Assembly: GCF_000193735.1 (NCBI RefSeq)
Contig: NZ_AEPF01000080.1
Span: 1-32,000, forward strand
Direction: 5' to 3'
Source: Neisseria sicca 4320
Lineage (GTDB): Bacteria; Pseudomonadota; Gammaproteobacteria; Burkholderiales; Neisseriaceae
Length of the DNA stretch: 32,000 bases
Part shown: piece after piece, positions 14,604 through 23,574 of the stretch
Layout: every line of letters begins with the position of its first letter
Numbering within the stretch: position 1 is the first letter of the stretch
The notes under the pieces: model-generated
What the model was told of the DNA's origin: nothing
The model's input: the letters and a program-made list of their open reading frames with translations, nothing else
Database searches by the model: none
Made by a program: the position numbers and the translations under genes

Positions 14604-15248
14604 TCAACTTGTCCAGTCCAAGAAATTGCGTAACAGCAACAATCCTGCGTCGTGGCTTTTTTCAGTATGGAACTGGGTGGCGAACACATTGTCTTTGCCG
14701 ACGATACAGGCAAATTCGTTAGGATATTCGCTGGTAGCAAGGACGGTTTCGGGGTCTTCGGGAGCGAAGTAGTAGCTGTGTACAAAGTAAAAGCGCGTTT
14801 CTTGACCGATGTCTTTAAACAGCGGGTGCGGGCGGGTTTGGCGTACTGTGTTCCAGCCCATGTGCGGCACTTTCAGACGACCTCCATTTGCGTCGGTCTG
14901 ATTGAAGGGAAAGCGTTTGACCCTGCCTTTAAACCAGCCCAGTCCGTCAGTATCGCCTTCTTCGCTGTGTTCAAACAATAATTGCGCACCGACGCAGATG
15001 CCGAAAAACGGTTTGTTTTTCAAGCCGTCTTCCACTGCTTCGCCCAAACCGCTTTGCCGCAATGCAGCCATACAGTCGGGCATCGCGCCCTGACCGGGGA
15101 AAATGATTTTGTCGGCAGCAAGGATGTCTTCGGGACGGGCGGTCAGGTAAATTTCGGCAGCGTTGCCGGACAAGGCTTGCGCGGCCTGTACGGATTTGAG
15201 GACGGAATGCAGATTGCCCATGCCGTAATCGACAATAGCGGTTTTCAT
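14604..15248 (-). CDS. hisH: imidazole glycerol phosphate synthase, glutamine amidotransferase subunit
   Basis: VDYGMGNLHSV...PGQGA...GICVGAQLLF...FVHSY...QFHTEKS, the class I GATase triad context. Confidence 0.95.
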   Translation of the reverse strand: MKTAIVDYGMGNLHSVLKSVQAAQALSGNAAEIYLTARPEDILAADKIIFPGQGAMPDCMAALRQSGLGEAVEDGLKNKPFFGICVGAQLLFEHSEEGDTDGLGWFKGRVKRFPFNQTDANGGRLKVPHMGWNTVRQTRPHPLFKDIGQETRFYFVHSYYFAPEDPETVLATSEYPNEFACIVGKDNVFATQFHTEKSHDAGLLLLRNFLDWTS

Positions 15249-15333
15249 GTTTTCTCCTTGGTTTGCAGCTTGTACTTATCGGTATGGTTATGAATATTGT
15301 AACAAAACATCGTACTGGAAGGACAAAAGAAAA

Positions 15334-15361
15334 AGGTCGTCTGAAAATTTTCAGACGACCT
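15334..15361. terminator. inverted DUS pair hairpin, terminator downstream of lctP
   Basis: AAAAGGTCGTCTGAAAATTTTCAGACGACCTTTT is a perfect palindrome with flanking A and T runs. Confidence 0.7.
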
Positions 15362-15377
15362 TTTGCTCTGTAAGCTC

Positions 15378-16964
15378 TTATAAGAAGAAAATAACTGCGA
15401 CTGCGACAGCAATCACGCCGTAAATCGCCATGGGAATGACGGTTTTCTTGATAATGGTACCTTCGGCGTTTTTTACGTCCAGTACGGTACATACGGCGAT
15501 GATGTTGTTGATGCAGACCATGTTGCCCATTGCGCCGCCGACGGATTGCAGGGCGAGGATGAGGGTAACGGACAGGCCGGTATCAAGGGCGATTTGTTGC
15601 TGAATCGGACCGAATGTCAGGTTGGATACGGTGTTCGAACCGGAGAAGAATGCACCGATGGCACCAAGGTAAGGGGAGAAGTAAACCCAGTGTTCACCCG
15701 CCATCGCGGCAAACTCTTTACCGATGATTTTCACCATGGAGTTGTCGCCGCCAACCATCATCAGTTGAACCATAATCAGCGCGCCCATCAAGGCAAGCAG
15801 CGGTTTTTTGGTTTGGTTGAAAGTTGCAGCGTAGAAAGCCCAGGCGTCTTTGAATTTGGTTTTATAAAGCAGGATACAAATCCAAACGGTAAAGACAAAC
15901 GGAATCCATGCGGGAACGTAGAGGGTTTGGTAGGACGCATTTACGCCTTGTCCGAAAATATTGCTGAAAGTAATGGTCAAAGAGTCGCTGACGGTGATAT
16001 TGCTCAAATCAAACGGCAGTTGGAAGCTGAACCATTTATCTTTGCTGGTCAGCAGGTCTTTGATGCCGAGCTGTTTGATGCGGGTAACCACCAGCATGCC
16101 GATAAGCATACCCAGAGGGGCAAGTGCTTTGGCGACTTGGGCGAAAGGTACTTTTTCAGTATTCGGATCTTTCGGATGGTCTTTGCTCAAACCCCAGCCG
16201 TGGTTGGCGGCGAATACGGATACCATCAGGCCGATTGCGCCGGCAACGAGTGAAGGAAATTCTTCGTTGACCATCGCCAAGGCAACATAAGGAATGGTAC
16301 AAGAGAAGACGGAGATGCCGATGAAGCCTAAGTTTTTACGGATTTCAGACCAAGGTACGATGAAGCTCAAACCGATGACAGGAATAACGAAACTTGCGAA
16401 GAAGTGCATTACGCCCGTTTGCATACCGATTTCTAAAATGCTTTTTTGATCCAAACCCAAAGGAGCAAAACCGAACCAAGTCGGTGTACCCACCGCGCCG
16501 AATGATACGGGTACGGAGTTCATGACCAGCGTAAAAATCGCCACTTTCAACGGATTGAAACCCAAGCTCATCAGAATCGGGGCGGCAATCGCAGCAGGCG
16601 TACCGAAGCCGGATGCCCCCTCAATCATAAAGGCGAACGCCCAGCCGATGATCATCAACTGCGCCACGGGGTTCGGGCTGATGGTCGCCAGCCATTTGCG
16701 GATAATGTCGATACAGCCGGTGGTTTCCATCATGCGGTTGAACATAATCGCACCGAAAATCACGGTAATCGGCGTCAGTGTGGAAACCAGACCGGACGCT
16801 GCGGTTGCGTTGAGCAGCATAGCGTCGTCGTTGAAATAAAACAGCTTGATGGCGTAAATCAGCGCGGCGGTAATCGGCAGCGCAATGTAGGAAGGCATGC
16901 TGTTTTTCTTAACCATCAGCCAAATCAGCAGGATGATGGGAAAAATGCTGAGGAATAGTGCCAT
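15378..16964 (-). CDS. lctP: L-lactate permease family transporter
   Basis: A 528-aa polytopic membrane protein whose N-terminus and overall pattern are typical of the LctP/LldP family. Confidence 0.8.
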   Translation of the reverse strand: MALFLSIFPIILLIWLMVKKNSMPSYIALPITAALIYAIKLFYFNDDAMLLNATAASGLVSTLTPITVIFGAIMFNRMMETTGCIDIIRKWLATISPNPVAQLMIIGWAFAFMIEGASGFGTPAAIAAPILMSLGFNPLKVAIFTLVMNSVPVSFGAVGTPTWFGFAPLGLDQKSILEIGMQTGVMHFFASFVIPVIGLSFIVPWSEIRKNLGFIGISVFSCTIPYVALAMVNEEFPSLVAGAIGLMVSVFAANHGWGLSKDHPKDPNTEKVPFAQVAKALAPLGMLIGMLVVTRIKQLGIKDLLTSKDKWFSFQLPFDLSNITVSDSLTITFSNIFGQGVNASYQTLYVPAWIPFVFTVWICILLYKTKFKDAWAFYAATFNQTKKPLLALMGALIMVQLMMVGGDNSMVKIIGKEFAAMAGEHWVYFSPYLGAIGAFFSGSNTVSNLTFGPIQQQIALDTGLSVTLILALQSVGGAMGNMVCINNIIAVCTVLDVKNAEGTIIKKTVIPMAIYGVIAVAVAVIFFL

Positions 16965-17061
16965 GGCGAATCCTTAAAATCGGCGTTGTTTATCAATTTT
17001 TCTAATGATGTCGGATGCGAGAGAGAGATATCGAACCTTAATCTGAGAGTAATTATTAAAT

Positions 17062-17080
17062 AAATTGGTAATACCAATTT
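17062..17080. promoter_or_regulatory. perfect 9-1-9 palindrome AAATTGGTA-A-TACCAATTT upstream of lctP; candidate GntR-family operator
   Basis: It contains the T.GT-N3-AC.A core typical of FadR/LldR-type GntR operators and lies 98-116 nt upstream of the lctP start. Confidence 0.45.
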
Positions 17081-17251
17081 AAAAGAACGCCGCATACTTT
17101 ACGTAATCTGATGTAATCGGTCAAGTGGTTTATGTACCTTCGGCATCTACCAGACAAGGTTTTCAGGGTTTGCAAATTGGTTTCGGCATATAGCCGATCG
17201 AGGACAGCGTGTTGATTACACGAAAAAAGAAACTGTCCTTTAAAAACCAAA

Positions 17252-17280
17252 AGGTCGTCTGAAACCATTTCAGACGACCT
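17252..17280. terminator. inverted DUS pair hairpin downstream of guaA
   Basis: AGGTCGTCTGAAACCATTTCAGACGACCT with flanking A and T runs. Confidence 0.7.
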
Positions 17281-17304
17281 TTTTATGCGTTTATATCTCT
17301 ACTT

Positions 17305-18870
17305 TTATTCCCACTCAATCGTGGCGGGCGGTTTGCCGCTTACATCGTATACCACGCGGTTAATGCCTTTGACTTCGTTGATGATGCGGTTGGAGACGCG
17401 GCCGAGCAGCAAGTACGGTAGTTCTGCCCAGTGTGCGGTCATGAAGTCGCTGGTGATGACTGCGCGCAGTGCGACGACGTAATCGTAAGTGCGCCCGTCG
17501 CCCATTACGCCGACGGATTTCACGGGCAGGAATACGGCGAAGGCTTGGCTGGTCAGGTCGTACCAAGATGTGCCGTTTTCATCGGTGGTGTTGCGCAATT
17601 CTTGGATGAAAATGTCGTCCGCTTGACGCAGCAAGTCGGCGTATTCTTTTTTCACTTCGCCCAAGATGCGCACACCCAAACCGGGGCCGGGGAACGGATG
17701 GCGGTACACCATTTCGCGCGGCAAGCCCAAAGCTACGCCGAGTTCGCGCACTTCGTCTTTGAACAAGTCGCGCAGCGGTTCGAGCAGCTTGAGCTTCATG
17801 TTTTCGGGCAGGCCGCCGACGTTGTGGTGCGATTTGATGGCGTGGGCTTTTTTAGTTTTTGCACCTGCGGATTCGATTACGTCGGGGTAAATCGTGCCTT
17901 GCGCCAGCCATTTGGCGTTGGTGAGTTTTTTCTCTTCGGCATCAAATACTTCAATAAATTCCGCGCCGATAATTTTGCGTTTTTTCTCAGGGTCAGTAAC
18001 GCCGGCAAGTTTCGCCATGAATTGCTCTTCGGCATCGACGTGAATCACTTTCACACCCAAGTTGCGGGCGAACATATCCATCACCATTTTGCCTTCGTTC
18101 AAGCGCAAGAGGCCGTGATCGACGAATACGCAAGTCAGTTGGTCGCCGATGGCGCGGTGAATCAGCGCGGCGGCTACGGAAGAGTCCACGCCGCCTGATA
18201 AACCCAAAATCACTTCGTCGCTACCGACCTGTTCGCGGATTTTGGCAACGGCTTCTTCGATGTAGTTCGGCATGGTCCAGCTCGGTTGCGCGCCGCAGAT
18301 GTCCAAGACAAAGCGGTTCAACAGGGCGCGGCCTTGTTTGGTGTGGGTAACTTCGGGGTGGAATTGGATGCCGTAGAATTGTTTTTCGACGTTTTCCATC
18401 ATGGCAATCGGGCATGACGGGGTATCGCCGATAACGGCAAAGCCGTTGGGCAGCTTGGACACTTTGTCGCCGTGGCTCATCCATACGTCCAGCGTATTGG
18501 GCGCGTCGTCGTAAATATCGCGTGTCAGTTCGCTGTCGATGGTTTTGACTTGCGCGTAACCGAATTCGCGCTGGTTGCCGGGCTGCACTTCGCCGCCCAA
18601 GTGATGCGCCATAAACTGCATTCCGTAGCAGATGCCCAAAACCGGAATACCCAAATCGAAGATGCCGGTATCGGCTTGATAGTCGGATTCGTAAACGGAA
18701 TTGGGGCCGCCTGAGAGGATGATGCCTTTCGGATTGAAGGCTTTGATTTCGTCCAAAGGCATGTCGAAGGAATGCAGCTCGCAGTAAACATGGGCTTCGC
18801 GCACTCGGCGGGCGATAAGCTGGGTAACTTGCGAACCGAAGTCGAGGATGAGGATTTTGTCTTGGGTCAT
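17305..18870 (-). CDS. guaA: GMP synthase (glutamine-hydrolysing)
   Basis: [25 protein letters not shown]..., [15 protein letters not shown], and a C-terminal PPATIEWE. The start at 18870 gives 521 aa; the tracked ORF extends 15 codons further. Confidence 0.95.
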   Translation of the reverse strand: MTQDKILILDFGSQVTQLIARRVREAHVYCELHSFDMPLDEIKAFNPKGIILSGGPNSVYESDYQADTGIFDLGIPVLGICYGMQFMAHHLGGEVQPGNQREFGYAQVKTIDSELTRDIYDDAPNTLDVWMSHGDKVSKLPNGFAVIGDTPSCPIAMMENVEKQFYGIQFHPEVTHTKQGRALLNRFVLDICGAQPSWTMPNYIEEAVAKIREQVGSDEVILGLSGGVDSSVAAALIHRAIGDQLTCVFVDHGLLRLNEGKMVMDMFARNLGVKVIHVDAEEQFMAKLAGVTDPEKKRKIIGAEFIEVFDAEEKKLTNAKWLAQGTIYPDVIESAGAKTKKAHAIKSHHNVGGLPENMKLKLLEPLRDLFKDEVRELGVALGLPREMVYRHPFPGPGLGVRILGEVKKEYADLLRQADDIFIQELRNTTDENGTSWYDLTSQAFAVFLPVKSVGVMGDGRTYDYVVALRAVITSDFMTAHWAELPYLLLGRVSNRIINEVKGINRVVYDVSGKPPATIEWE

Positions 18871-18937
18871 GGCGGGAACTTTGCAGAGTGATGGGGAACG
18901 GTCTGACTGTTTCAAAACGGAATTCCGATAACAAAAC

Positions 18938-18980
18938 AGGTCGTCTGAAAACGGCGGATTATACCATTTTCAGACGACCT
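18938..18980. terminator. inverted DUS pair hairpin between the 112-aa membrane gene and guaA
   Basis: AGGTCGTCTGAA (18938-18949) pairs with TTCAGACGACCT (18969-18980). Confidence 0.6.
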
Positions 18981-18996
18981 TTGCAGGGAGAGGGGC

Positions 18997-19335
18997 TTAG
19001 TTATCCTGCTGTTTATGCTGCTTATAAGGCACCATATCGCTGCGCGAAAGCAGCAGCAGGCAGCCCAGCACCATCATTCCCAAAGCAACCAGCGGCGAAT
19101 AGCCGAGCCAATATTGATTGTGCAGATACACCGCCGCGCCGATATACACCAGCAGCGGGCCGGACACGATAGACTGCTTGTTGACGCCGTCCATCACCAA
19201 AACCGCAATCCCCGCCACCACCATACCGGCGGACACGATGGTCGAAGTTGCAGGCAGGATGTCCGTCGTTTTCAAAAACCAAACGGCACCGAAGATAATC
19301 AAAAACAGCGGCAGGAAAAGCGAAGAGCGAGACAT
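18997..19335 (-). CDS. small integral membrane protein (function unknown)
   Basis: A 112-aa protein with four hydrophobic helices and a polar C-terminal tail. Confidence 0.5.
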   Translation of the reverse strand: MSRSSLFLPLFLIIFGAVWFLKTTDILPATSTIVSAGMVVAGIAVLVMDGVNKQSIVSGPLLVYIGAAVYLHNQYWLGYSPLVALGMMVLGCLLLLSRSDMVPYKQHKQQDN

Positions 19336-19353
19336 GGCGTTACTCCGTAAAAT

Positions 19354-19394
19354 TTCAGACGACCTTGATTATTGGGTCGCAGGGGTCGTCTGAA
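19354..19394. terminator. inverted DUS pair (reverse then forward) downstream of smpB
   Basis: TTCAGACGACCT (19354-19365) pairs with GGGTCGTCTGAA (19383-19394). Confidence 0.55.
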
Positions 19395-19513
19395 AAGCCT
19401 GAAGAAAGCAATCTTGGGTATGTTTTTGCAAACATAATGCTTGATGTGTAAACGGCGGGAACGCGTTTGCAGCGACATCGGCATTCGGCGGTCAATTCAA
19501 GCTGTTATCAGCC

Positions 19514-19960
19514 TCAGCGCACATTTTTCATCAAACGTTGTTTTTCGCGTTTCCAGTCGGCTTCTTTCAGGCTTTGGCGTTTGTCGTGTTGTTTTTTACC
19601 CTTCGCCAAGCCGATTTCCATTTTGATTTTGCCGCGCGTGAAGTGCAGGTTCAACGGGACGATGGTGTAACCCGCACGCTCGGTTTTACCGATGAGCTTG
19701 TTGATTTCGGATTGCTTGAGCAAAAGCTTGCGCGGACGGACGGGGTCGGGTTTGACATGCGTCGAGGCTGTCGGCAGCGCGGTAATATGGCAGCCGACCA
19801 GATAAAAAGCGTCTTTTTTCCAGTAGATATAGCTTTCTTTCAGCTGAACACGCGCGGCGCGGATGGCTTTGACTTCCCAACCTTCCAATACCAAACCGGC
19901 TTCGAGCTGGTCTTCGATAAAGAAGTCGTGAAAGGCTTTTTTATTATTGGCAATACTCAT
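19514..19960 (-). CDS. smpB: SsrA-binding protein
   Basis: [29 protein letters not shown]...LLLKQSEI...[11 protein letters not shown]. Confidence 0.95.
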   Translation of the reverse strand: MSIANNKKAFHDFFIEDQLEAGLVLEGWEVKAIRAARVQLKESYIYWKKDAFYLVGCHITALPTASTHVKPDPVRPRKLLLKQSEINKLIGKTERAGYTIVPLNLHFTRGKIKMEIGLAKGKKQHDKRQSLKEADWKREKQRLMKNVR

Positions 19961-20280
19961 AATTCTATTCTTGTCTTCTGTCTTTTCAGACCGGGTATTT
20001 TAACAGGATGCGGGGGTAGTGCGAACTGCTTCTCAAACCGACTGTATTTTCCAGTCTCTCTGGCTTTTCAATCTTTAAACATATACCGCTCTATACGGCA
20101 AATTAAAATCGAAACACCAGCCTACCCTAGCCTCACATTCGTATAGTATGGCAAGGTGAAATAAAAATCTCCAACCTACCCCCTTCCCTTCTTCTTAAAG
20201 GCAAAAGAATAGGTTGGCATTTTGCTTCATACTGATTTTCGTAAGAGGCATATCAAATGTACCACACGCTTCTCGGTGAA

Positions 20281-20317
20281 GATCGTCTGAAACTTGGATT
20301 AGGTTTTCAGACGACCT
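20281..20317. terminator. DUS pair hairpin (left arm degenerate) next to the radA stop codon
   Basis: GATCGTCTGAAAC pairs with GTTTTCAGACGACC, followed by TTTT on the + strand. Confidence 0.5.
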
Positions 20318-20333
20318 TTTCGATTACTGTCTG

Positions 20334-21713
20334 TCAATTTTCCGCATCGCGGCAGATTTCGATGGCTTCCTGAAGGCTGGAGACGCCGAAGATTTTTAGA
20401 TTTGGGAACTCTTTTTCGTTGCGCGGCATATTGGCTTTCGGGACGATGGCGCGTTTGAAACCGAGTTTTTCCGCTTCTTTGAGCCGTTCTTGTCCGCGCG
20501 CGACGGGGCGGACTTCGCCGCTCAAGCCGATTTCGCCGAATGCGACCATTTTTTCGGGCAGCGGGCGGTTGCGGAAGCTGGAGAGCATGGCGAGGATGAC
20601 GGCGAGGTCGGCAGCGGGTTCGCCGATTTTGACGCCGCCGACGGCGTTGAGGAACACGTCTTGGTCGAAGCAGGCGATGCCACCGTGGCGGTTGAGGACG
20701 GCGAGCAGCATGGCGAGGCGGTTTTGTTCGAGACCGACGGTGAGGCGTTTGGGGGTAAAGCCGTGTGCGTCATCGACCAATGCCTGAATTTCGACCAAAA
20801 GCGGGCGGCTGCCTTCTTGTGTAACCAAAACGCACGAGCCTGGCGTGTCGTCGCGGTAGCTGGCTAGGAAGATGGCGGACGGGTTGGATACGCCTTTCAA
20901 ACCGTTTTCGGTCATGGCGAACACGCCCAATTCGTTTGCCGCGCCGAAACGGTTTTTGATGGCGCGGATCATGCGGTAGTTGGAATGCTGGTCACCCTCG
21001 AAATATAACACGGTATCGACCATGTGCTCCAATACGCGCGGACCGGCAATCGCGCCGTCTTTGGTGACGTGTCCGACCAGTATCATGGCGATGCCCATTT
21101 GTTTCGCCATGCGCGTCAGTTGGGCGGCACATTCGCGCACCTGCGACACGGAGCCCGGGGCGGAAGTGATTTGGTCGGAATACATGGTTTGAATGGAGTC
21201 GATGACGACGACTTCGGGTAGATGTTGTTTCAACGCCGCTTGAATCGCTTCCATGCGGATTTCGGCAAGCAGGTTCACGCCTTCGGTGGGCAGTTCCAAA
21301 CGTTGCGCGCGCAGGGCGACCTGTTGGGCGGATTCCTCGCCGGAAACGTACAGCACTTTGCGACTTTGCGCCATTTTGGCGATGGTTTGCAACAGCAGCG
21401 TGGATTTGCCGATGCCGGGGTCGCCGCCGAGCAGGATGACCGCGCCATCGACCAAACCGCCGCCCAATACGCGGTCGAGTTCACCCATGCCGGTCGGGTT
21501 GCGCGGCACTTCGGTGGCGGTCACGGCGGAGAGGGATTGGACGGTCGAGGTATCCGCCGCCCAAGATTGGAAGCGGGCGTTTTTAGGCTCGGGCGCGGCT
21601 AGGCTTTCCTGAAGCGTGTTCCATTCGCCGCAATGCGGGCATTTGCCCTGCCATTTCGGGGAAGTGCCGCCGCATTCGGTGCATTGGTAGATGGTTTTGG
21701 GGGCTTTTGCCAT
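20334..21713 (-). CDS. radA: DNA repair protein RadA/Sms
   Basis: The zinc finger is CTECGGTSPKWQGKCPHCGEWNT and the Walker A is GGDPGIGKST. The KNRFG motif and a Lon-like C-terminal domain are also present. Confidence 0.95.
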   Translation of the reverse strand: MAKAPKTIYQCTECGGTSPKWQGKCPHCGEWNTLQESLAAPEPKNARFQSWAADTSTVQSLSAVTATEVPRNPTGMGELDRVLGGGLVDGAVILLGGDPGIGKSTLLLQTIAKMAQSRKVLYVSGEESAQQVALRAQRLELPTEGVNLLAEIRMEAIQAALKQHLPEVVVIDSIQTMYSDQITSAPGSVSQVRECAAQLTRMAKQMGIAMILVGHVTKDGAIAGPRVLEHMVDTVLYFEGDQHSNYRMIRAIKNRFGAANELGVFAMTENGLKGVSNPSAIFLASYRDDTPGSCVLVTQEGSRPLLVEIQALVDDAHGFTPKRLTVGLEQNRLAMLLAVLNRHGGIACFDQDVFLNAVGGVKIGEPAADLAVILAMLSSFRNRPLPEKMVAFGEIGLSGEVRPVARGQERLKEAEKLGFKRAIVPKANMPRNEKEFPNLKIFGVSSLQEAIEICRDAEN

Positions 21714-21747
21714 GATGTTTTCCCTATGGGATTTTTGAAGTGTGAAA

Positions 21748-21784
21748 AGGTCGTCTGAAAACTGATAGCGTTTTCAGACGACCT
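21748..21784. terminator. inverted DUS pair hairpin downstream of the protease gene
   Basis: AGGTCGTCTGAA (21748-21759) pairs with TTCAGACGACCT (21773-21784). Confidence 0.65.
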
Positions 21785-21807
21785 CTTTTCAAGGATTCGG
21801 ACTGAGC

Positions 21808-23310
21808 TTATTTACCTTCGTCTTTACCGTCTTTCTTGTCTTTTTTCGGAGCCGGTTTTTTCGCCGCCAAACCTAAAGACTTTTGCCATTCGGCTGGATT
21901 TTTCACTAAATCCAAGGCTTTGCGGAGTTGGTCGTCTTTGGCAGGATTAGGAATGCGACGGCTGGAGATGTCTTCGTCTTTATCTTTGTCCGTGCCTTTT
22001 TTGGACTTGGCGTTTTCATCGGCTTTGGCAGCTTCGTTTGAATCAGGCGTGCTGATTTCGTTGCTGCCGTTGACGTCTTCACCGCCGAGCGGGTTGCCGA
22101 TGTGTCCGGCGAGGTCGGCTTCGCGGCTTTCAAAAGCGCGGTCTTTGTCTTTGACTTCGACATCGGGAACAATACCTTGCGCTTGAATCGAGCGGTCGTT
22201 CGGCGTGTAATACAGGGCGGTGGTCAGCTTAACCGCGCTGCCGTTGGACAGCGGAATCAGAGTTTGAACCGAGCCTTTGCCGAAGCTTTGCGTACCGACG
22301 ACGACGGCGCGTTTGTGGTCTTGCAGCGCGCCTGCGACGATTTCAGAAGCGGAAGCAGAGCCTGAGTTGATCAACACGGTCATGGGTATGGTTTTCAACT
22401 CCGCGGGCAAATCTGCCAGAGGGTCTTTGCCGCTCGTGCGGATGTAGTCTTCGGGACGGGCTTTCAACACCATGCCCTCTTTGCCGTCGCGTCCTTTGGT
22501 GCTGACGACTTTTGCATCTGCGGGCAGGAAGGCGGCAGAGACGCCGACCGCGCCGTCAAGCAGACCGCCCGGGTCATCGCGCAGGTCGAGAACGAGGCCT
22601 TTGAGCGGCGCACCTTTATTTTCTTTAATCAATGCCTTGGCGGATTCGTTGATGGCTGCCACGGTGCGCTCTTGGAATTGGGATACGCGGATGTAGCCGT
22701 AGCCCGGTTCGAGCAGGTGGTGGCGGACGCTTTTGACTTTGATGATGGCGCGGGTCAGATTGACGACGATGGGTTTGTCCGCATTTTTGCGCGAAAGGGT
22801 CAGGGTGATTTTGGTACCCGGTTTGCCGCGCATTTTTTTGACGGCTTCGCTGGTGGTCAGGCCGCGTGTAGAAACGTTGTCGATTTTGACGATGAAGTCG
22901 CCGCTTTTCACGCCTGCGCGCTCGGCAGGCGTATCCTCAATCGGCGCGACGACTTTGATAAATCCGTCCTCCTGACCGATTTCCATACCCAAGCCGCCGA
23001 ATTCGCCGCTGGTGGATTCTTTCATATCGGCAAAGCCTTTTTTATCCAAATACTCGGAATGCGGGTCGAGGTCGGATACCATGCCTTTCATCGCGCCTTC
23101 AAAGAGGTCGGCATCGGATTTGTCTTGGTAATAATTGGCTTTGATTTGCCCGTAAACTTCCGCCATGTTGCGGATGGATTGTACGGGCAGGGTTTCGTTG
23201 TCTTTTTTGTCTTTTTCGGCGGCAAAGCTTTGAACGCTCAAGCTGAGGGCGACACCGCTGAATGCGCCGAGTGTGTAGAGTGCGACTTTTTTCAAAGTGG
23301 ATGTTGACAT
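21808..23310 (-). CDS. ctpA: carboxy-terminal processing protease (S41 family) with a Lys/Asp-rich C-terminal tail
   Basis: Signal peptide, PDZ region (GGLGMEI...AGVKSGDFIVKID), and S41 core (LDLRDDPGG, SGSASASEI, GTQSFGKGSVQ). Confidence 0.9.
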   Translation of the reverse strand: MSTSTLKKVALYTLGAFSGVALSLSVQSFAAEKDKKDNETLPVQSIRNMAEVYGQIKANYYQDKSDADLFEGAMKGMVSDLDPHSEYLDKKGFADMKESTSGEFGGLGMEIGQEDGFIKVVAPIEDTPAERAGVKSGDFIVKIDNVSTRGLTTSEAVKKMRGKPGTKITLTLSRKNADKPIVVNLTRAIIKVKSVRHHLLEPGYGYIRVSQFQERTVAAINESAKALIKENKGAPLKGLVLDLRDDPGGLLDGAVGVSAAFLPADAKVVSTKGRDGKEGMVLKARPEDYIRTSGKDPLADLPAELKTIPMTVLINSGSASASEIVAGALQDHKRAVVVGTQSFGKGSVQTLIPLSNGSAVKLTTALYYTPNDRSIQAQGIVPDVEVKDKDRAFESREADLAGHIGNPLGGEDVNGSNEISTPDSNEAAKADENAKSKKGTDKDKDEDISSRRIPNPAKDDQLRKALDLVKNPAEWQKSLGLAAKKPAPKKDKKDGKDEGK

Positions 23311-23516
23311 TATGAATGGCTTTCTTGTTGTCTTATTTCATTTCAGACCGTAATGACTGTGAAACGGGGTGGGTAAATATTGCTTCAGACGACCTGAATA
23401 TACGTCCGCAAGACTGTATGCGATTTACGCTTGGCAAACAACCGGATTCGCGTAAAAAATATCTGAGCGGGTGTAAAAGCTTTTGAATATAAGGCCGTTG
23501 GGTTCAGTTATTAAAT

Positions 23517-23553
23517 TTCAGACGACCCGTAATACGGGAAAAGGTCGTCTGAA
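23517..23553. terminator. inverted DUS pair hairpin downstream of the EnvC-like gene
   Basis: TTCAGACGACCC-GTAATAC-GGGAAAAGGTCGTCTGAA. Confidence 0.6.
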
Positions 23554-23574
23554 AACATCAAACCTGTTTGCAGG

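Noticed and set aside
17056-17268. A 70-aa minus-strand ORF in the guaA-lctP spacer
   Set aside because: It spans the lctP promoter/operator region and a DUS terminator. It has no RBS and no recognisable features.
18221-18934. A 237-aa minus-strand ORF in an alternative frame of guaA, and a 173-aa ORF at 14971..15492
   Set aside because: Their extreme Arg/Pro/His content marks them as out-of-frame read-through of real genes. No independent start context was found.
19961-20333. tmRNA (ssrA) or a tRNA next to smpB and in other spacers
   Set aside because: I found no tRNA-like acceptor or T-arm (GGTTCGAATCC-type) and no tag-reading-frame features in any intergenic region I scanned.
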